From contig CAWHWX010000016.1 in the NCBI GenBank assembly GCA_963833125.1, forward strand, positions 160,001-224,000: DNA of 64,000 nucleotides. The letters are read 5' to 3'. Source of the DNA: Candidatus Bathyarchaeota archaeon (GTDB lineage: Archaea; Thermoproteota; Bathyarchaeia; 40CM-2-53-6). Shown in pieces: positions 40,704 through 51,086 of this stretch; position 1 is the first letter of the stretch; the number at the start of each line of letters is the position of its first letter. The notes beneath the pieces were generated by a model that saw nothing but the letters and a program-made list of their open reading frames with translations, was not told where the DNA came from and made no database searches. The position numbers and the translations under genes were made by a program.

Positions 40704-41663
40704 ATGGGCAGCTTGACAGCCAACGAACAATACGACTCAGAGGCAATCCACGATGGGCTGCAGAAAGTCCATGAGGTCTCCGAATATCTGAACTTCCCCT
40801 TTACCGTGAAAGAAGTTGCAAACTATTTTCTGCCTAAGTCAAACCTTACTCCGCAGCAACTCGAATTAATGTTAGCTAATGAGAGATTTGCTGATCTCGG
40901 GTTCAGAGTCAAAGACGGCTACCTCATTACGAATGATGATGAGTCTAAACGGTCCCGTTCCGAAAGGGAACAGATGTCCGCTGACAAACTCGACTCTGCA
41001 ACTGGCTTTGCAAATGTGTTGACTCGGCTGGTTCCCTTTATTCGAACGGTCGCGGTAACTGGCAGCGTCGCGTATGGAAGCGCTAGAGAGTGGGACGACA
41101 TTGACCTCTTCATAGTTACCAAGAGAAATCGGATGTGGATCTCAGCACTACTAACCCTCGTTCTGGTTAGATTGGACAAACTACTGATTCTTAGAGCCCC
41201 GCAACTCTCACATTTCTGCTTGAGTTACGTGCACGACGAACTCGGTTTCTCTAGAGAATCTCGGAAAAATAGAACGAATCCTCTATTCGCCCGCGAATTG
41301 CTCAAGGCGAAACCTGTGGCAGGCAGGGAGGAATATCGAAGGATTCTGGAACAGAACGAATGGGTGAGTGATTTCTATTCAGAGCCTTACTTTGAGAAAC
41401 TGAAACTGCTAAGTGACGATCTCAACGGTACGGTTCAATCCAGCAAGGATGGTTCGAGTATCATCTCGTTCTTCTTGGATTGGGTGGAAGGAGTGACGTA
41501 CACGATTCTGAGCCGCTATCTTCGAATTCGTGCGTATCTTACGAATCTCAAACTTGAATCGGAGGGCCAAAAACTTCGTGTGTTTGACCCCATCATGACC
41601 TCGTCGTCGTGTATCTACACTTCGAACTTCTACAGGTGGCTTCGCGTACTCTGGGGTGAGTAG
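40704..41663 (+). CDS. Pol-beta-superfamily nucleotidyltransferase-domain protein
   Basis: FIRTVAVTGSVA...DDIDLFIVT (GS + DxD motif); FCLSY and LFAREL. Confidence 0.8.
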   Translation: MGSLTANEQYDSEAIHDGLQKVHEVSEYLNFPFTVKEVANYFLPKSNLTPQQLELMLANERFADLGFRVKDGYLITNDDESKRSRSEREQMSADKLDSATGFANVLTRLVPFIRTVAVTGSVAYGSAREWDDIDLFIVTKRNRMWISALLTLVLVRLDKLLILRAPQLSHFCLSYVHDELGFSRESRKNRTNPLFARELLKAKPVAGREEYRRILEQNEWVSDFYSEPYFEKLKLLSDDLNGTVQSSKDGSSIISFFLDWVEGVTYTILSRYLRIRAYLTNLKLESEGQKLRVFDPIMTSSSCIYTSNFYRWLRVLWGE

Positions 41664-41701
41664 GCGGTGAGAAGCCTCTTTCAGGAGGAAGTGTTCAGTC
41701 T

Positions 41702-42659
41702 TTGAGTCAAGATCTGTTACCGCCCCAACCAAAGCTTCTCGAGGCCGAATTTTCGATCGGTATCTGCGCAGCCGACCGCGCTACAAATCTCAAGGAATTA
41801 CTCAACCTTGTGGAAACTGAAACATATCCCGAGGGCCTGAATCTTAACGAGGTTCTAATTGTTGCAAGTGGACTCGATCCTCAATCTCTAGCCTTTGTGA
41901 GAGAATTCACGAATAATCACGAAAGCTTCGTTTTGATTGAGGAGCCGATCCGACGGGGAAAGGCTGAGGCGATTAACCGGATAATCAATTCTTTCCGTGG
42001 AGAATTTCTTGTCCTTGTTAACTCGGATGCGCACCCCGAGCGAGGAGCAATCTCGAAGTTACTCAGGTTGATCTCGACGGATAACAATGTGGGCATGGTA
42101 TCCGCTTCTCCGGTAGTCGCTCAGAATGCAGGCATCACGGGGACGATACTGCAACTGATATGGGGAGTCCATAACGGATGCTTACTTACGCTTAACGAGG
42201 AGAACAAGAACAATCACTGCTGTGACGAGCTGACCGTCATTAGATCCCAAGCATTAAGGAACCTCCCCAGCGATACTGTGAACGATGGCGCATTCTTAGC
42301 CCGGGGCAGCTTACAACGCAGGGTATTCTATCAGATTTTGTGAGAGCGCAAGGGTGAGAATCGATGTCCCCCAACGGTTTTGCGACTTGATAAGGCAACG
42401 CAGGAGAATAGTTTACGGGCACTTCCAGATTCTAAGATCGGTTGGTGAAGCACCGAGAACAATAGAATCAATGCTCTTCAAAGCGCCTCTCCTTAGCCTC
42501 TCAATTCTAATTAGAACAATTGCTCAGAAACCAAGATTGGCTTTGGCACTTCCAATCGCAATCATCGGAGAGGTGGTCTCGGTCGCTTTGGCGGTGAGCG
42601 ATAATCTAACCTCAACCATGAAACATGTACCGTGGGATCGGGTTGGGAGCCGAGCCTGA
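41702..42659 (+). CDS. GT2 glycosyltransferase; frameshift near 42300
   Basis: RGKAEAIN, NSDA and VNDGA, then QRRRI in the second ORF. Confidence 0.8.
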
Positions 42660-42678
42660 GGCTGAGGGGCGGAATCGT

Positions 42679-43915
42679 TTGTCGCTTCAGCGGACTCAGA
42701 ACAATCTGCCGAAATCTGAGAGCACGATCAAGATAATCACCGAGGGGCGAGTTAGTAGGCTCCCACATATCGTTAAAGTCCGATTTGAGTGCACAACGGG
42801 TCCTTCTTTGTCTTGGCGGGAGCCGAAGAAGCGATTGGATCTTAAACGCTCTGCAATCAGGCGTCGCGAAGGTTAGCGGGGGAGGCCTTGTTTTCAATTC
42901 GGTTGTTGCGAAGGCCACGGATGAGGAGAAGAATGGCAGCATTCGATGCTTTCGTTTCAAAGTATGGAATCGCCGTTGTCAACGATTGGTATCCCAACTC
43001 AACAGCATGCCTACGACTAAGTCCCAACGGACCGCCAACGCAACGGGGAGCTGTTAGAGGGGAAGGAAAAGCAACGAGCACCTACAGTGAATGGCTCGGA
43101 CAGAACAAGGAATACTATCGTGGAATATCAGAAGCTTTCGACTCAGCCTCTGAGGAATACGATTTCACCATCAGTCATAACTACATCAACACATGGATAA
43201 GGAAACGTTCGATCTCCGAACTCCTGAGGTTCGTGAAGCCAAGCGATACGCTAGTCGAGATAGGCTGCGGAACTGGCGCTGAAGCCGTTGAAGTGTCAAG
43301 ACATGTTTCCCGAATCATCGCCACAGATATTTCCGAAAAAATGATGGAGATACTTAGAAGGAAGATTCAAGCTAGAAATCTAGTTGGTAGGATAATCCCG
43401 CTTCAAATAAGAGCTGCTGACATAAGAAAAGCGAGCGATGTTATTGGAGGGGACGTGATCGACACTGCTTATTCGTTTAACGGCGCTCTTAACTGCGAAC
43501 CGGACTTAGACCAATTTGTCGAAGGTCTCTCAAGAGTACTAGCGCCAAGAGGATTTTTTGTCTGCTCCGTAAGGAACTCCTTTTGCTTAGGTGAGGCGCT
43601 TTCGCATGCCCGGTCTTACAGTTTGATAGGATGACGCCTCGAAAGAAACAGCCTGTGATGGTTTCTGTGGGAGGCATGGACATACCGGCATTCTACTATC
43701 CTCCCTCAGCATTTGCGCAATTCTTTGCAACGAAGTTCACGCTGCGAAGAATCATAGGGCTCCCAGCCTTCTTACCGCCGGCTTACTTGAGTGATTACTA
43801 TGTCAGGTTCAAGAACATTGCGTCAGTATTAGAGAAATTTGAACAGGCTCTCGGCGATCATTTTCCTTTCAACCGGTTGGGCGATCAAACTCTCTTCATT
43901 TTCCAAAACCACTAG
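42679..43915 (+). CDS. Fusion of split-barrel (DDN/F420-type) domain and class I SAM methyltransferase; several frameshifts
   Basis: Joined frames read TIKIITEGRVSRLPH.V.VRF / NGSFFVLAG / RSDWILNA / FVSKYG...W, followed by LVEIGCGTG, ATDISEKM, SFNGALN and the last ORF 43631..43915. GAGGGG SD precedes TTG 42679. Confidence 0.65.
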
Positions 43916-43952
43916 TTTTGCACCTAGCGGGAGAGGAAGGAGGATCATTCAA

Positions 43953-45219
43953 ATGAAGCCTTTCGAGGGAGAACATCAAAAGATGGTTATCATCATTTTG
44001 TCTGGCCTTATGATCAGAGAACTCTTTTCATTTTGGACTGGCCATCCCACTGATTTCGAATTGTGGGTAAGGTTGGGGTACGCGATGAATCATGGAGGTG
44101 ACCCATACGGCGTGCTTCCGCCTGTTCCGGGTCTAAGTTTTGCAAACGTCTTCGCTAACTTGAACACGCCCACGATAGCTTATCTTCCCTTCTGGCCCCT
44201 GTTGACCGGTCTAATCTACGCTTTGTATTCGATTATTGGATCGAACGATCGGTTCGTTTACTACTTTCTTCTAAAGCAACCCGTGATCTTCGGCGACGTC
44301 GGCCTTGCGTATCTAATGTTCTCGTATGTACGCTTTAGGAAACCGGGTCGGTCTTCGTTCTGGGTGCTCTCCTTTTTGGTTGTTCTCTCCTTTCACAATA
44401 ATCATATCAGGTATATGGGGCATGTTCGATGGCATCGCTATTTGCTTCATTCTCGCATCAATAATGTCGAAGACCCAAACCAAGAAGGCTATCTGGTCCG
44501 GCCTCGGAATATTCGCCAAATCCATTCCGATCATATACGCTGCGCCTACTACTATGAAGACCTTGAAGGACGCATGGGTCTTAGTCTTAGCCCTAACAAT
44601 ACCGACAGCGTTGTCCCTCTTCACTCTTGCAATCATGAAATGGCCGATTTCAACCGTCACCGCGACCTTGGCTTCTACCGTGGGAAAGGGCGGGTCGTCT
44701 ATGTCGATCTGGGACGCTTTCTTTTACCTGAATTACCTTGGGCTCATCTCCCCGCTGACGTCATTAGAATACAGAATCTTGGGTGTCGTATGGATTCCCG
44801 TGTTGATAGTCTGTACTTGGTTGGCAATCAAGCGTTTCAAAAATGAATCGGATTACGGGATAATCCAAACCCTACTCGTTTGCACGCTGATTTTTCTAAT
44901 CTTCAAGGCGCAGGTGACGGAACAGTACGCACTTTACCTCTTTACTTTTGCCGCGATCGACGTGGCTTTATGGAATCCCAAGAGGAAATTGTTGCTCCTT
45001 GGTACCATGTCGGTGGCGATGATTTACTTGGTAATGAATAACTACTTTCTGATTCGATTTCTCTCCCCGGTCTATCCAGATTTCGCCGGTTTCGAGAGCG
45101 CCTTGTATTTGATAATTGGACCGGCGAGGTATGCAGTAAATTTCCTTGCGGGAGCCGCGTTCACCTGCCTAAACGTCAAATATCTAGCAGATGTGGTGAG
45201 CAGCACGAGTAAGGGGTGA
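43953..45219 (+). CDS. GT-C fold membrane glycosyltransferase (GT87/PIG-M/DUF2029-like); frameshift near 44370
   Basis: Loop GHPTD after TM1, YLPFW, LKQP...D, SP...ISGIWGMFD, K..P and Q..EQY; more than 10 TMs. Confidence 0.8.
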
Positions 45220-45902
45220 GAACGTTGAACAAATTGAAGTTAATTATCGCTATACTCGCTTTGGCTTTGATTCTTGAGTCGACTCTGTTCGCAACAATCT
45301 ATTACAGTCGAACCACTCCTGTGGTTTCTTCGCTGCAGAATGTTCAGATCCTCAAGAAGTCATTCGAGGCAGAATTCAGTCTGTTCAACCAACCCATCTC
45401 CAATGACACGGAATACGTACTCGACCAAGGCTTGGAAGGTTCCTGGCAAGTCACGGTTCAGAGTCATCTTGTTCCATCGTCAGATAATCTCAAAGGAACT
45501 GAGGCTCAGATTGCTTTCGCGCCGGAATACGCTAGCGAAAATCGCTCTATTCCAACTATCATTGTACAGGAACGGGGCGATGGCCTTCTTAGGATTGAAT
45601 ACTTTGCCCAAGATTGGAACAACACGTATGGTTTAGTTCTGTACAACTCAACCGCCCCGACCTGGACAGACGGCCAGAATATCACTCTCACATTCCTCAG
45701 CTATGGGCCACCTGCCCAAGTGAACCCCCAAATTGCGCCGTACCCAAATGGCAACTTAACGATCTCCGTGGGGACTAGCATTGTAGTTTCCAACTACCCA
45801 ATAGCTTGGGCCAACCTCTCAGACTTCTATATCTACGGGCTGAAAGGCTCATCGTTCGTTAATGGCGTTCTGACTTTGACCGTCTACGAGGTTAGATCCT
45901 GA
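45216..45902 (+). CDS. Secreted/membrane-anchored beta-rich protein
   Basis: N-terminal TM/signal; many N-x-S/T sequons; overlaps the stop of the GT-C gene. Confidence 0.7.
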   Translation: MRTLNKLKLIIAILALALILESTLFATIYYSRTTPVVSSLQNVQILKKSFEAEFSLFNQPISNDTEYVLDQGLEGSWQVTVQSHLVPSSDNLKGTEAQIAFAPEYASENRSIPTIIVQERGDGLLRIEYFAQDWNNTYGLVLYNSTAPTWTDGQNITLTFLSYGPPAQVNPQIAPYPNGNLTISVGTSIVVSNYPIAWANLSDFYIYGLKGSSFVNGVLTLTVYEVRS

Positions 45903-45904
45903 GG

Positions 45905-46942
45905 TTGATTGTCACAGCTTCGGTTCTCCTCTATCTGACTATGCTTGCTCCACTCTCTCTTCCAACTGTGCAGGTGACGCCTGGAATTGCTCTTGAGCCA
46001 CCATCGGGTTTCTACGCCTACAACTTCGCACCAACATTGAACTCACCCGATAACAATGAAATCTACGATCCGAATTTCATACCCGGCTTTCGTGCCGGTC
46101 TAACAAATACTTCGTTGCATTGGGACTCGGGCCTCGGATACGCTCACATAGGTTATTCGATAGGCCCATGGCAGAATTTGCAAGTTGCCTTACCCCACAT
46201 GGCCGTCGGCCCCCAGTGTTGCAACTTTATGGAAGTTCCCAGAACGCAACAATACAGAGGCGAGGATTGGGGTGACTACTATTACGTCAAAGCAGGTTTC
46301 TTGTCCCCCGGCGTGAACATGGCCAATTTCACGAGCACCTTCACTGCGCCGGCAGATGTAGGCCTTCGCACGGATTGGCCATGGTTTGTCAGTCTCTCGC
46401 TTGATTGGAAACAGCCCAAACTTCTCAGCCCAAGAAATGAATGGGGCGCCTTAGGCATCACGGCAACACAATACGTGCCAAATGCCCCAAACAAGTTGGT
46501 CTATACTGTCGTGAACTTTTGGATGGACTCGAACAGCTCAAATGTCCTTTCGAAGTTGCCCGGATCTTCTTCCGAACGAATGATCGCAGGTTCGCATGTA
46601 GTCGTTTATCATCCGATCCAAATGACAGGTACGTACGACGGAAACCAAACGATTTCTATTGACTTATCGCCCTATCTCGAAGACACACTTAACGCTCTTG
46701 GCTTCTCTCCCTCAAGTGCTGAGCCTCCAGTGATCTCATACGTCTACCTCAACATTGAGGGCTATAACATGCAATGGAACACCACGTTGTACTCATTCTT
46801 TGTGGTTTCAAATCACAACCCGACAGAAGAAACTCCCGCCACCGCCACAGCACTTTATGGAGCCGCGATTATTACAGCCGTGGCTGGCTTAGTCTACATA
46901 AATCGCAAAATGAGGAAAAGAACCACTCAAGTTTTAGATTGA
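45905..46942 (+). CDS. Surface protein with signal peptide and C-terminal TM anchor
   Basis: Aromatic-rich beta-type body, multiple sequons, C-terminal TM + RKMRKR. Confidence 0.7.
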   Translation: MIVTASVLLYLTMLAPLSLPTVQVTPGIALEPPSGFYAYNFAPTLNSPDNNEIYDPNFIPGFRAGLTNTSLHWDSGLGYAHIGYSIGPWQNLQVALPHMAVGPQCCNFMEVPRTQQYRGEDWGDYYYVKAGFLSPGVNMANFTSTFTAPADVGLRTDWPWFVSLSLDWKQPKLLSPRNEWGALGITATQYVPNAPNKLVYTVVNFWMDSNSSNVLSKLPGSSSERMIAGSHVVVYHPIQMTGTYDGNQTISIDLSPYLEDTLNALGFSPSSAEPPVISYVYLNIEGYNMQWNTTLYSFFVVSNHNPTEETPATATALYGAAIITAVAGLVYINRKMRKRTTQVLD

Positions 46943-46948
46943 AGGCGT

Positions 46949-48343
46949 TCATCGACCAGTTTCTCTATTCCGCGTTGAACGTCTGGTCCTCCATCCTAGG
47001 ATTACAATCACCAGTAGGACGGAGGCTGCGACGATTGGAAAGGTGATCAGTGTCAGGGTCGCCTGCGGGTTCGGCGCTACAATTGTTGAACCATTTCGCG
47101 TGTATGGAAGGCTGTTCAACGGTATCTGAATTGGGGCAGGAAATGTTCTCGCTGAGTAAGCACTGTTACTGTCAAGGATTACGGGCGCCCTCGGTGCGGC
47201 GTTGAAGTAGAAGAAGTCGAGTAAGTCATTAGAATTTGCTACGTTCTGATTTAACGGCTGCAGATTCCAATTGTAATCTATGAACCGAAGAAGCGACATG
47301 TGGTTTAGGAGAGGCTTTGAAACGTAGTTTTCTTTGGCAAAAGGCGAAATGACCAATAGAGGAACTCTTTGACCGTAACCGCGCAAGACATGTTCGAATC
47401 CATGATTTATGCTAAGCAGTTGTGGCGGGGGGACATGATCGTAGTACCCGCCTCCTTCATCGTAAGTTAGGAAGATCGCCGAAGAATTCCAGTAGCTGCT
47501 CTCCATGACGGCGTTGATGATCGACACAACCCACAATTCGCCTTCAGTAACGTTGGAAGGAGGGTGCTCGTCCAGAGTATCGAATCCTACGGCGTTCACA
47601 AAGCTTACTGATGGTAAATTGTTTCCTTCAGACAGGTCACGAAGGAAGGCCGGTACGTCTTGGACTTGGTTGAGGGCGCTTGAGTTAAGATTTGAAAGAT
47701 AGTTGATTGGAGGAACTAACTGCTCTTGAGCCGTGAAAAAGTCAAAATAGCCCCAAGAAATCCCGTGAGCCGAGAGTTGGTTTAATATGGTAAGATTGTA
47801 TGGCAAGTACGGGGGCGGTCCATCATTCTGAGAAACTGGAGTGTCACCAGCGAGCAGAATCAGCCTATTGGGATTAGTCGTAGAAAGTGCAGGCGCGAAG
47901 TAGTTATCAGCTAAACCGTATTCCTCTGCGTAAACCCAGTACGCCGGGATTTGATGGTAATCGAAGTAAGCCAGCGACTGGGGACCTGAATAAGCCGCGA
48001 ACCCATCCATTTTGCCGTTATCGTAGTCGTTCTCGTATGTGACCTGCCCTTCTGACGGGCTAAATGTGTTGCCAGCGTTGGCGTAATAGGGCGAAAGGCA
48101 ACCCGTTCCAAACGGTACACAGATCCCCTTCGGAATGCCGTCGATGGGTTCCAGCCGAGATGTGATGCCATTGATGAGAGTACCGTTAGCTTCGGGGTAC
48201 GTTCCGAAGTAGTTGTCGAAGCTATGGTTCTCCTGGACGATCACGATGACGTGTTTGATTGGAGTCTCAGTGTCCGCAATTGAGTAGTTGCTTCGGAGCG
48301 TGAGCGCTAGAGCAGCGACCAAAACTACAGTAAGTAGCTTCAC
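46949..48343 (-). CDS. Secreted phosphoesterase (acid phosphatase AcpA/phospholipase C family) with C-terminal TM anchor
   Basis: IKHVIVIVQENHSFDNYFG, LADNYF, T.PNR, DEHPP, YDEGGGYYDHV.PP and G.RVP. Confidence 0.92.
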   Translation of the reverse strand: MKLLTVVLVAALALTLRSNYSIADTETPIKHVIVIVQENHSFDNYFGTYPEANGTLINGITSRLEPIDGIPKGICVPFGTGCLSPYYANAGNTFSPSEGQVTYENDYDNGKMDGFAAYSGPQSLAYFDYHQIPAYWVYAEEYGLADNYFAPALSTTNPNRLILLAGDTPVSQNDGPPPYLPYNLTILNQLSAHGISWGYFDFFTAQEQLVPPINYLSNLNSSALNQVQDVPAFLRDLSEGNNLPSVSFVNAVGFDTLDEHPPSNVTEGELWVVSIINAVMESSYWNSSAIFLTYDEGGGYYDHVPPPQLLSINHGFEHVLRGYGQRVPLLVISPFAKENYVSKPLLNHMSLLRFIDYNWNLQPLNQNVANSNDLLDFFYFNAAPRAPVILDSNSAYSARTFPAPIQIPLNSLPYTRNGSTIVAPNPQATLTLITFPIVAASVLLVIVILGWRTRRSTRNRETGR

Positions 48344-48380
48344 GAAGGTCAGATCCTTTCTCCAACCTCAACACTCAGAT

Positions 48381-49235
48381 TCAAGTCAGCTTGAATAGCT
48401 GCACGAGCTGGAACGTAACATACATGAAAGCTAACCCGAGCACAATGGCGAATGGTAGTCCTGGGAACATATCCCTCCCCTCTAACATCTTGAATCCGAG
48501 GAATGCTCCGATTACGATACCGAATGCGGCTGCGATGTATGGGAGCAGGCCGAAGTTCATCATTGAAATGCTCGCAAGCATCGAGTAAAACACCATATCC
48601 CCCATACCCACGGTCAAGTCACCATAGGTGAAGACGGCGCCCGTGAATTCTTCTAAGTCTGTTGATTCAGCCATCTTTCCAATTGGGCCTTTGTAGACGG
48701 CGAAGAGGTCGTATGCGGCTAGGGCGAGCAAAAGAACGATTCCTGTCAAGGTGGGTATAGAGACGCCCAGGAATGTTCCTGTCATACCTCCTATGATGAT
48801 AATTGCTGCAAAATGGAGGGCCCTCTTCGTTTTGTAAATTGCTAACCCCAGAGCGACCGCCCCTAGCAAACTAACTAGAAGCCAGGGCAATGGCGAGGAA
48901 GTCAACACAGCCGGTAGAACGTTTGCATATAGCGTCCCATACCAAGTGAATAGAAAGAAAACCAACGCAAAGAGTGCTACGTTGATCAGGTATCTAACGA
49001 CTCGCTTCAATCCGAATTTTATGAACAGGTACATCAGTGTGCCCATAGCGGCCATGAGGATGACGAAGATGCTTGCGTTGAGCGTGATTCCACTAGTGGT
49101 TTCCGGGAAAATTGTGATCGGAACAATTGGGGCGTTTGATGACTGAAGGCTGTAGGTTAGCAGTCCCGCCAGAGCGATTGCGAGAATCTCGGGGATTAGT
49201 TGTTGTGGCTTGGCCTTGAATTTGCTCTTACTCAA
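48381..49235 (-). CDS. Presenilin/signal-peptide-peptidase-like intramembrane aspartyl protease
   Basis: About 9 TMs; YD..AV, GMGD and PGLP motifs. Confidence 0.88.
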   Translation of the reverse strand: MSKSKFKAKPQQLIPEILAIALAGLLTYSLQSSNAPIVPITIFPETTSGITLNASIFVILMAAMGTLMYLFIKFGLKRVVRYLINVALFALVFFLFTWYGTLYANVLPAVLTSSPLPWLLVSLLGAVALGLAIYKTKRALHFAAIIIIGGMTGTFLGVSIPTLTGIVLLLALAAYDLFAVYKGPIGKMAESTDLEEFTGAVFTYGDLTVGMGDMVFYSMLASISMMNFGLLPYIAAAFGIVIGAFLGFKMLEGRDMFPGLPFAIVLGLAFMYVTFQLVQLFKLT

Positions 49236-49776
49236 CTTCTAACCATCTCAAATTATGTTCGCATTCCGCACAGAAGTCTTCCTGCTTTCTGTCGGTGTCT
49301 GATAATCGTTCGGAAAAATACATGACGCACACGGGGTTGAGACAATGTTTCAACCTTAACATGTGTCCGATTTCATGTATCGCCTCCTTGGCAACTCTCT
49401 GTCCGAAGAGGGCAGCTTCGCTCCGGATCTGCGGCCTCAGGCGAAACGTGGAAATCACGGCAGTTCGCCCAGGACACCTCGCTTCACCGAAAACAAAATT
49501 CATACTCGGAACGTAAAGGTCCAGAGGAGTAACGCCCAGCAATAGCTCTACGCGGGTGGATTGAATGAGTTCTTCAAGGATTACCAAAATGCGTGTTGAA
49601 TGATATTGGCCTCGGAACGAATCGTAAGCTTCTGCAGGTTCTCTAATAGGCTCAAGTATCTCCGCCTGATAGCGTGGGAATCTTAGCGAAATCTGTTCCT
49701 TTAGAGTGTTGAGCGGGTAGTCGGTTGTTGGGCCGATCTGAATGAGGCCTAAATTATCATACATCGAATACTTCAC
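49228..49776 (-). CDS. amzA: Archaemetzincin Zn metalloprotease
   Basis: RGQY, NFVFG, KEAIHEIGH...L.HC...CVM.FS and FC..C. Confidence 0.92.
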   Translation of the reverse strand: MKYSMYDNLGLIQIGPTTDYPLNTLKEQISLRFPRYQAEILEPIREPAEAYDSFRGQYHSTRILVILEELIQSTRVELLLGVTPLDLYVPSMNFVFGEARCPGRTAVISTFRLRPQIRSEAALFGQRVAKEAIHEIGHMLRLKHCLNPVCVMYFSERLSDTDRKQEDFCAECEHNLRWLEVE

Positions 49777-51016
49777 CAGGCTTTGGGGTTGCAGTCTGTA
49801 GGCCTAGTTCTTGTGATGCCCAATCCGCGAGGCCCTTGCAGTTTGCTTCTTCGCCGTGAACAACAAAGACTCGTGTCCTTTTATCGAGTTCCTTGAGTGT
49901 TTCTTGGAGCTGTGTCTTTCCTCCGTGGGAGGAGAAATCGTATTTCTCAACCCGAGCCTTGACCTTTCTTGTGTCTCCGTGCAGTATGAAGTGGCCCTCG
50001 TCGAGTAGGATTCTGCCTGGTGAACCTTGAACTTGATAACTGACTAGAAAGATTCCGTTGCCTTCTTTCAAGGCGATGTTTTCCATGTAAAACACTGACG
50101 CTCCTCCCTTCAGCATGCCCGCCGGTGAGACAATCACGCCCGGCATACGGGCTGCGCGCCTTCGTTCGTGCCAGTTTCTTATCTGATCCGCTTCTCTCAT
50201 TGCCGAGCGGAAGAGTTCGTCGTCCTTCAGTGCGTTCGGGAATTGCTCTAGCATCCTAATTGCGTCCAACGCCATGCCGTCCACTGAAACTGGGTAGGTG
50301 AAATTGTGGCCGGCTAGCATACAGATTATTTCTTGCGATCGGCCGACTCCGAAGGCTGGAACGAGGACGGTGCCTCCACCTTCGACGACTTCCTTACAGG
50401 CTAGTACGAAGTTCCGTTCAGATTCTGCTCTGTCGGGGTGGTCTTGTGCCGCGTACGTGCTCTCGATTACTATGGCGTCTAGGTTGTTGTACTCTCTATC
50501 TGCTCCGCTTACCAAGTGTGTTGGCACGAGGTTGAAGTCCCCGGTATAGAGAACGCGTTTTCCATCACTCTCGATAATTACCTGGGCGCTGCCGGGTATG
50601 TGGCCTGCATTTACGAGGGTAATCTTTGCGTCGTTGACCGAGAATTGGGAGTGATAATCCACGGGAATCGCATGGCCCATCATGCTCTCCAAGTCGATGT
50701 ATTCGAAGGGAAGGTAGTAACCGCTGAGTTTGATCATGTCGCGTACGAGCACGCTAGTCAGCTTGAAGGTTGGTTCAACAGCGTAGACCGGCAGTTTCAG
50801 AGCTTGAACATAGAATAGGGGAATCAAACCGCTATGGTCCAGGTGGGCGTGTGTGAGAACTACCGCATCCAAATCCTTGGGTGAGACATGAACTGGGAAG
50901 CCTACTTCATGATTTATCATGACCCCGTAGTCCATCAGGATCTGACTGCGTGCGGTCTTCGCGGCAATGGCGGAGCGTCCTACCTCCTGACAAGCTCCGA
51001 GAAACCGTAATTGCAT
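49757..51016 (-). CDS. Metallo-beta-lactamase/beta-CASP ribonuclease
   Basis: EVGRS, THAHLDH, AGHIPGS, YTGD, ESTY, PAFGVGRSQE, FSSH and VHGE. Confidence 0.93.
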   Translation of the reverse strand: MQLRFLGACQEVGRSAIAAKTARSQILMDYGVMINHEVGFPVHVSPKDLDAVVLTHAHLDHSGLIPLFYVQALKLPVYAVEPTFKLTSVLVRDMIKLSGYYLPFEYIDLESMMGHAIPVDYHSQFSVNDAKITLVNAGHIPGSAQVIIESDGKRVLYTGDFNLVPTHLVSGADREYNNLDAIVIESTYAAQDHPDRAESERNFVLACKEVVEGGGTVLVPAFGVGRSQEIICMLAGHNFTYPVSVDGMALDAIRMLEQFPNALKDDELFRSAMREADQIRNWHERRRAARMPGVIVSPAGMLKGGASVFYMENIALKEGNGIFLVSYQVQGSPGRILLDEGHFILHGDTRKVKARVEKYDFSSHGGKTQLQETLKELDKRTRVFVVHGEEANCKGLADWASQELGLQTATPKPGEVFDV

Positions 51017-51086
51017 CCGTAATCAGCTAATCTCTTCGTGAAACTTTAGCTTTCCCAAATCGACTTCGCAAATGTAAGATTACCGG

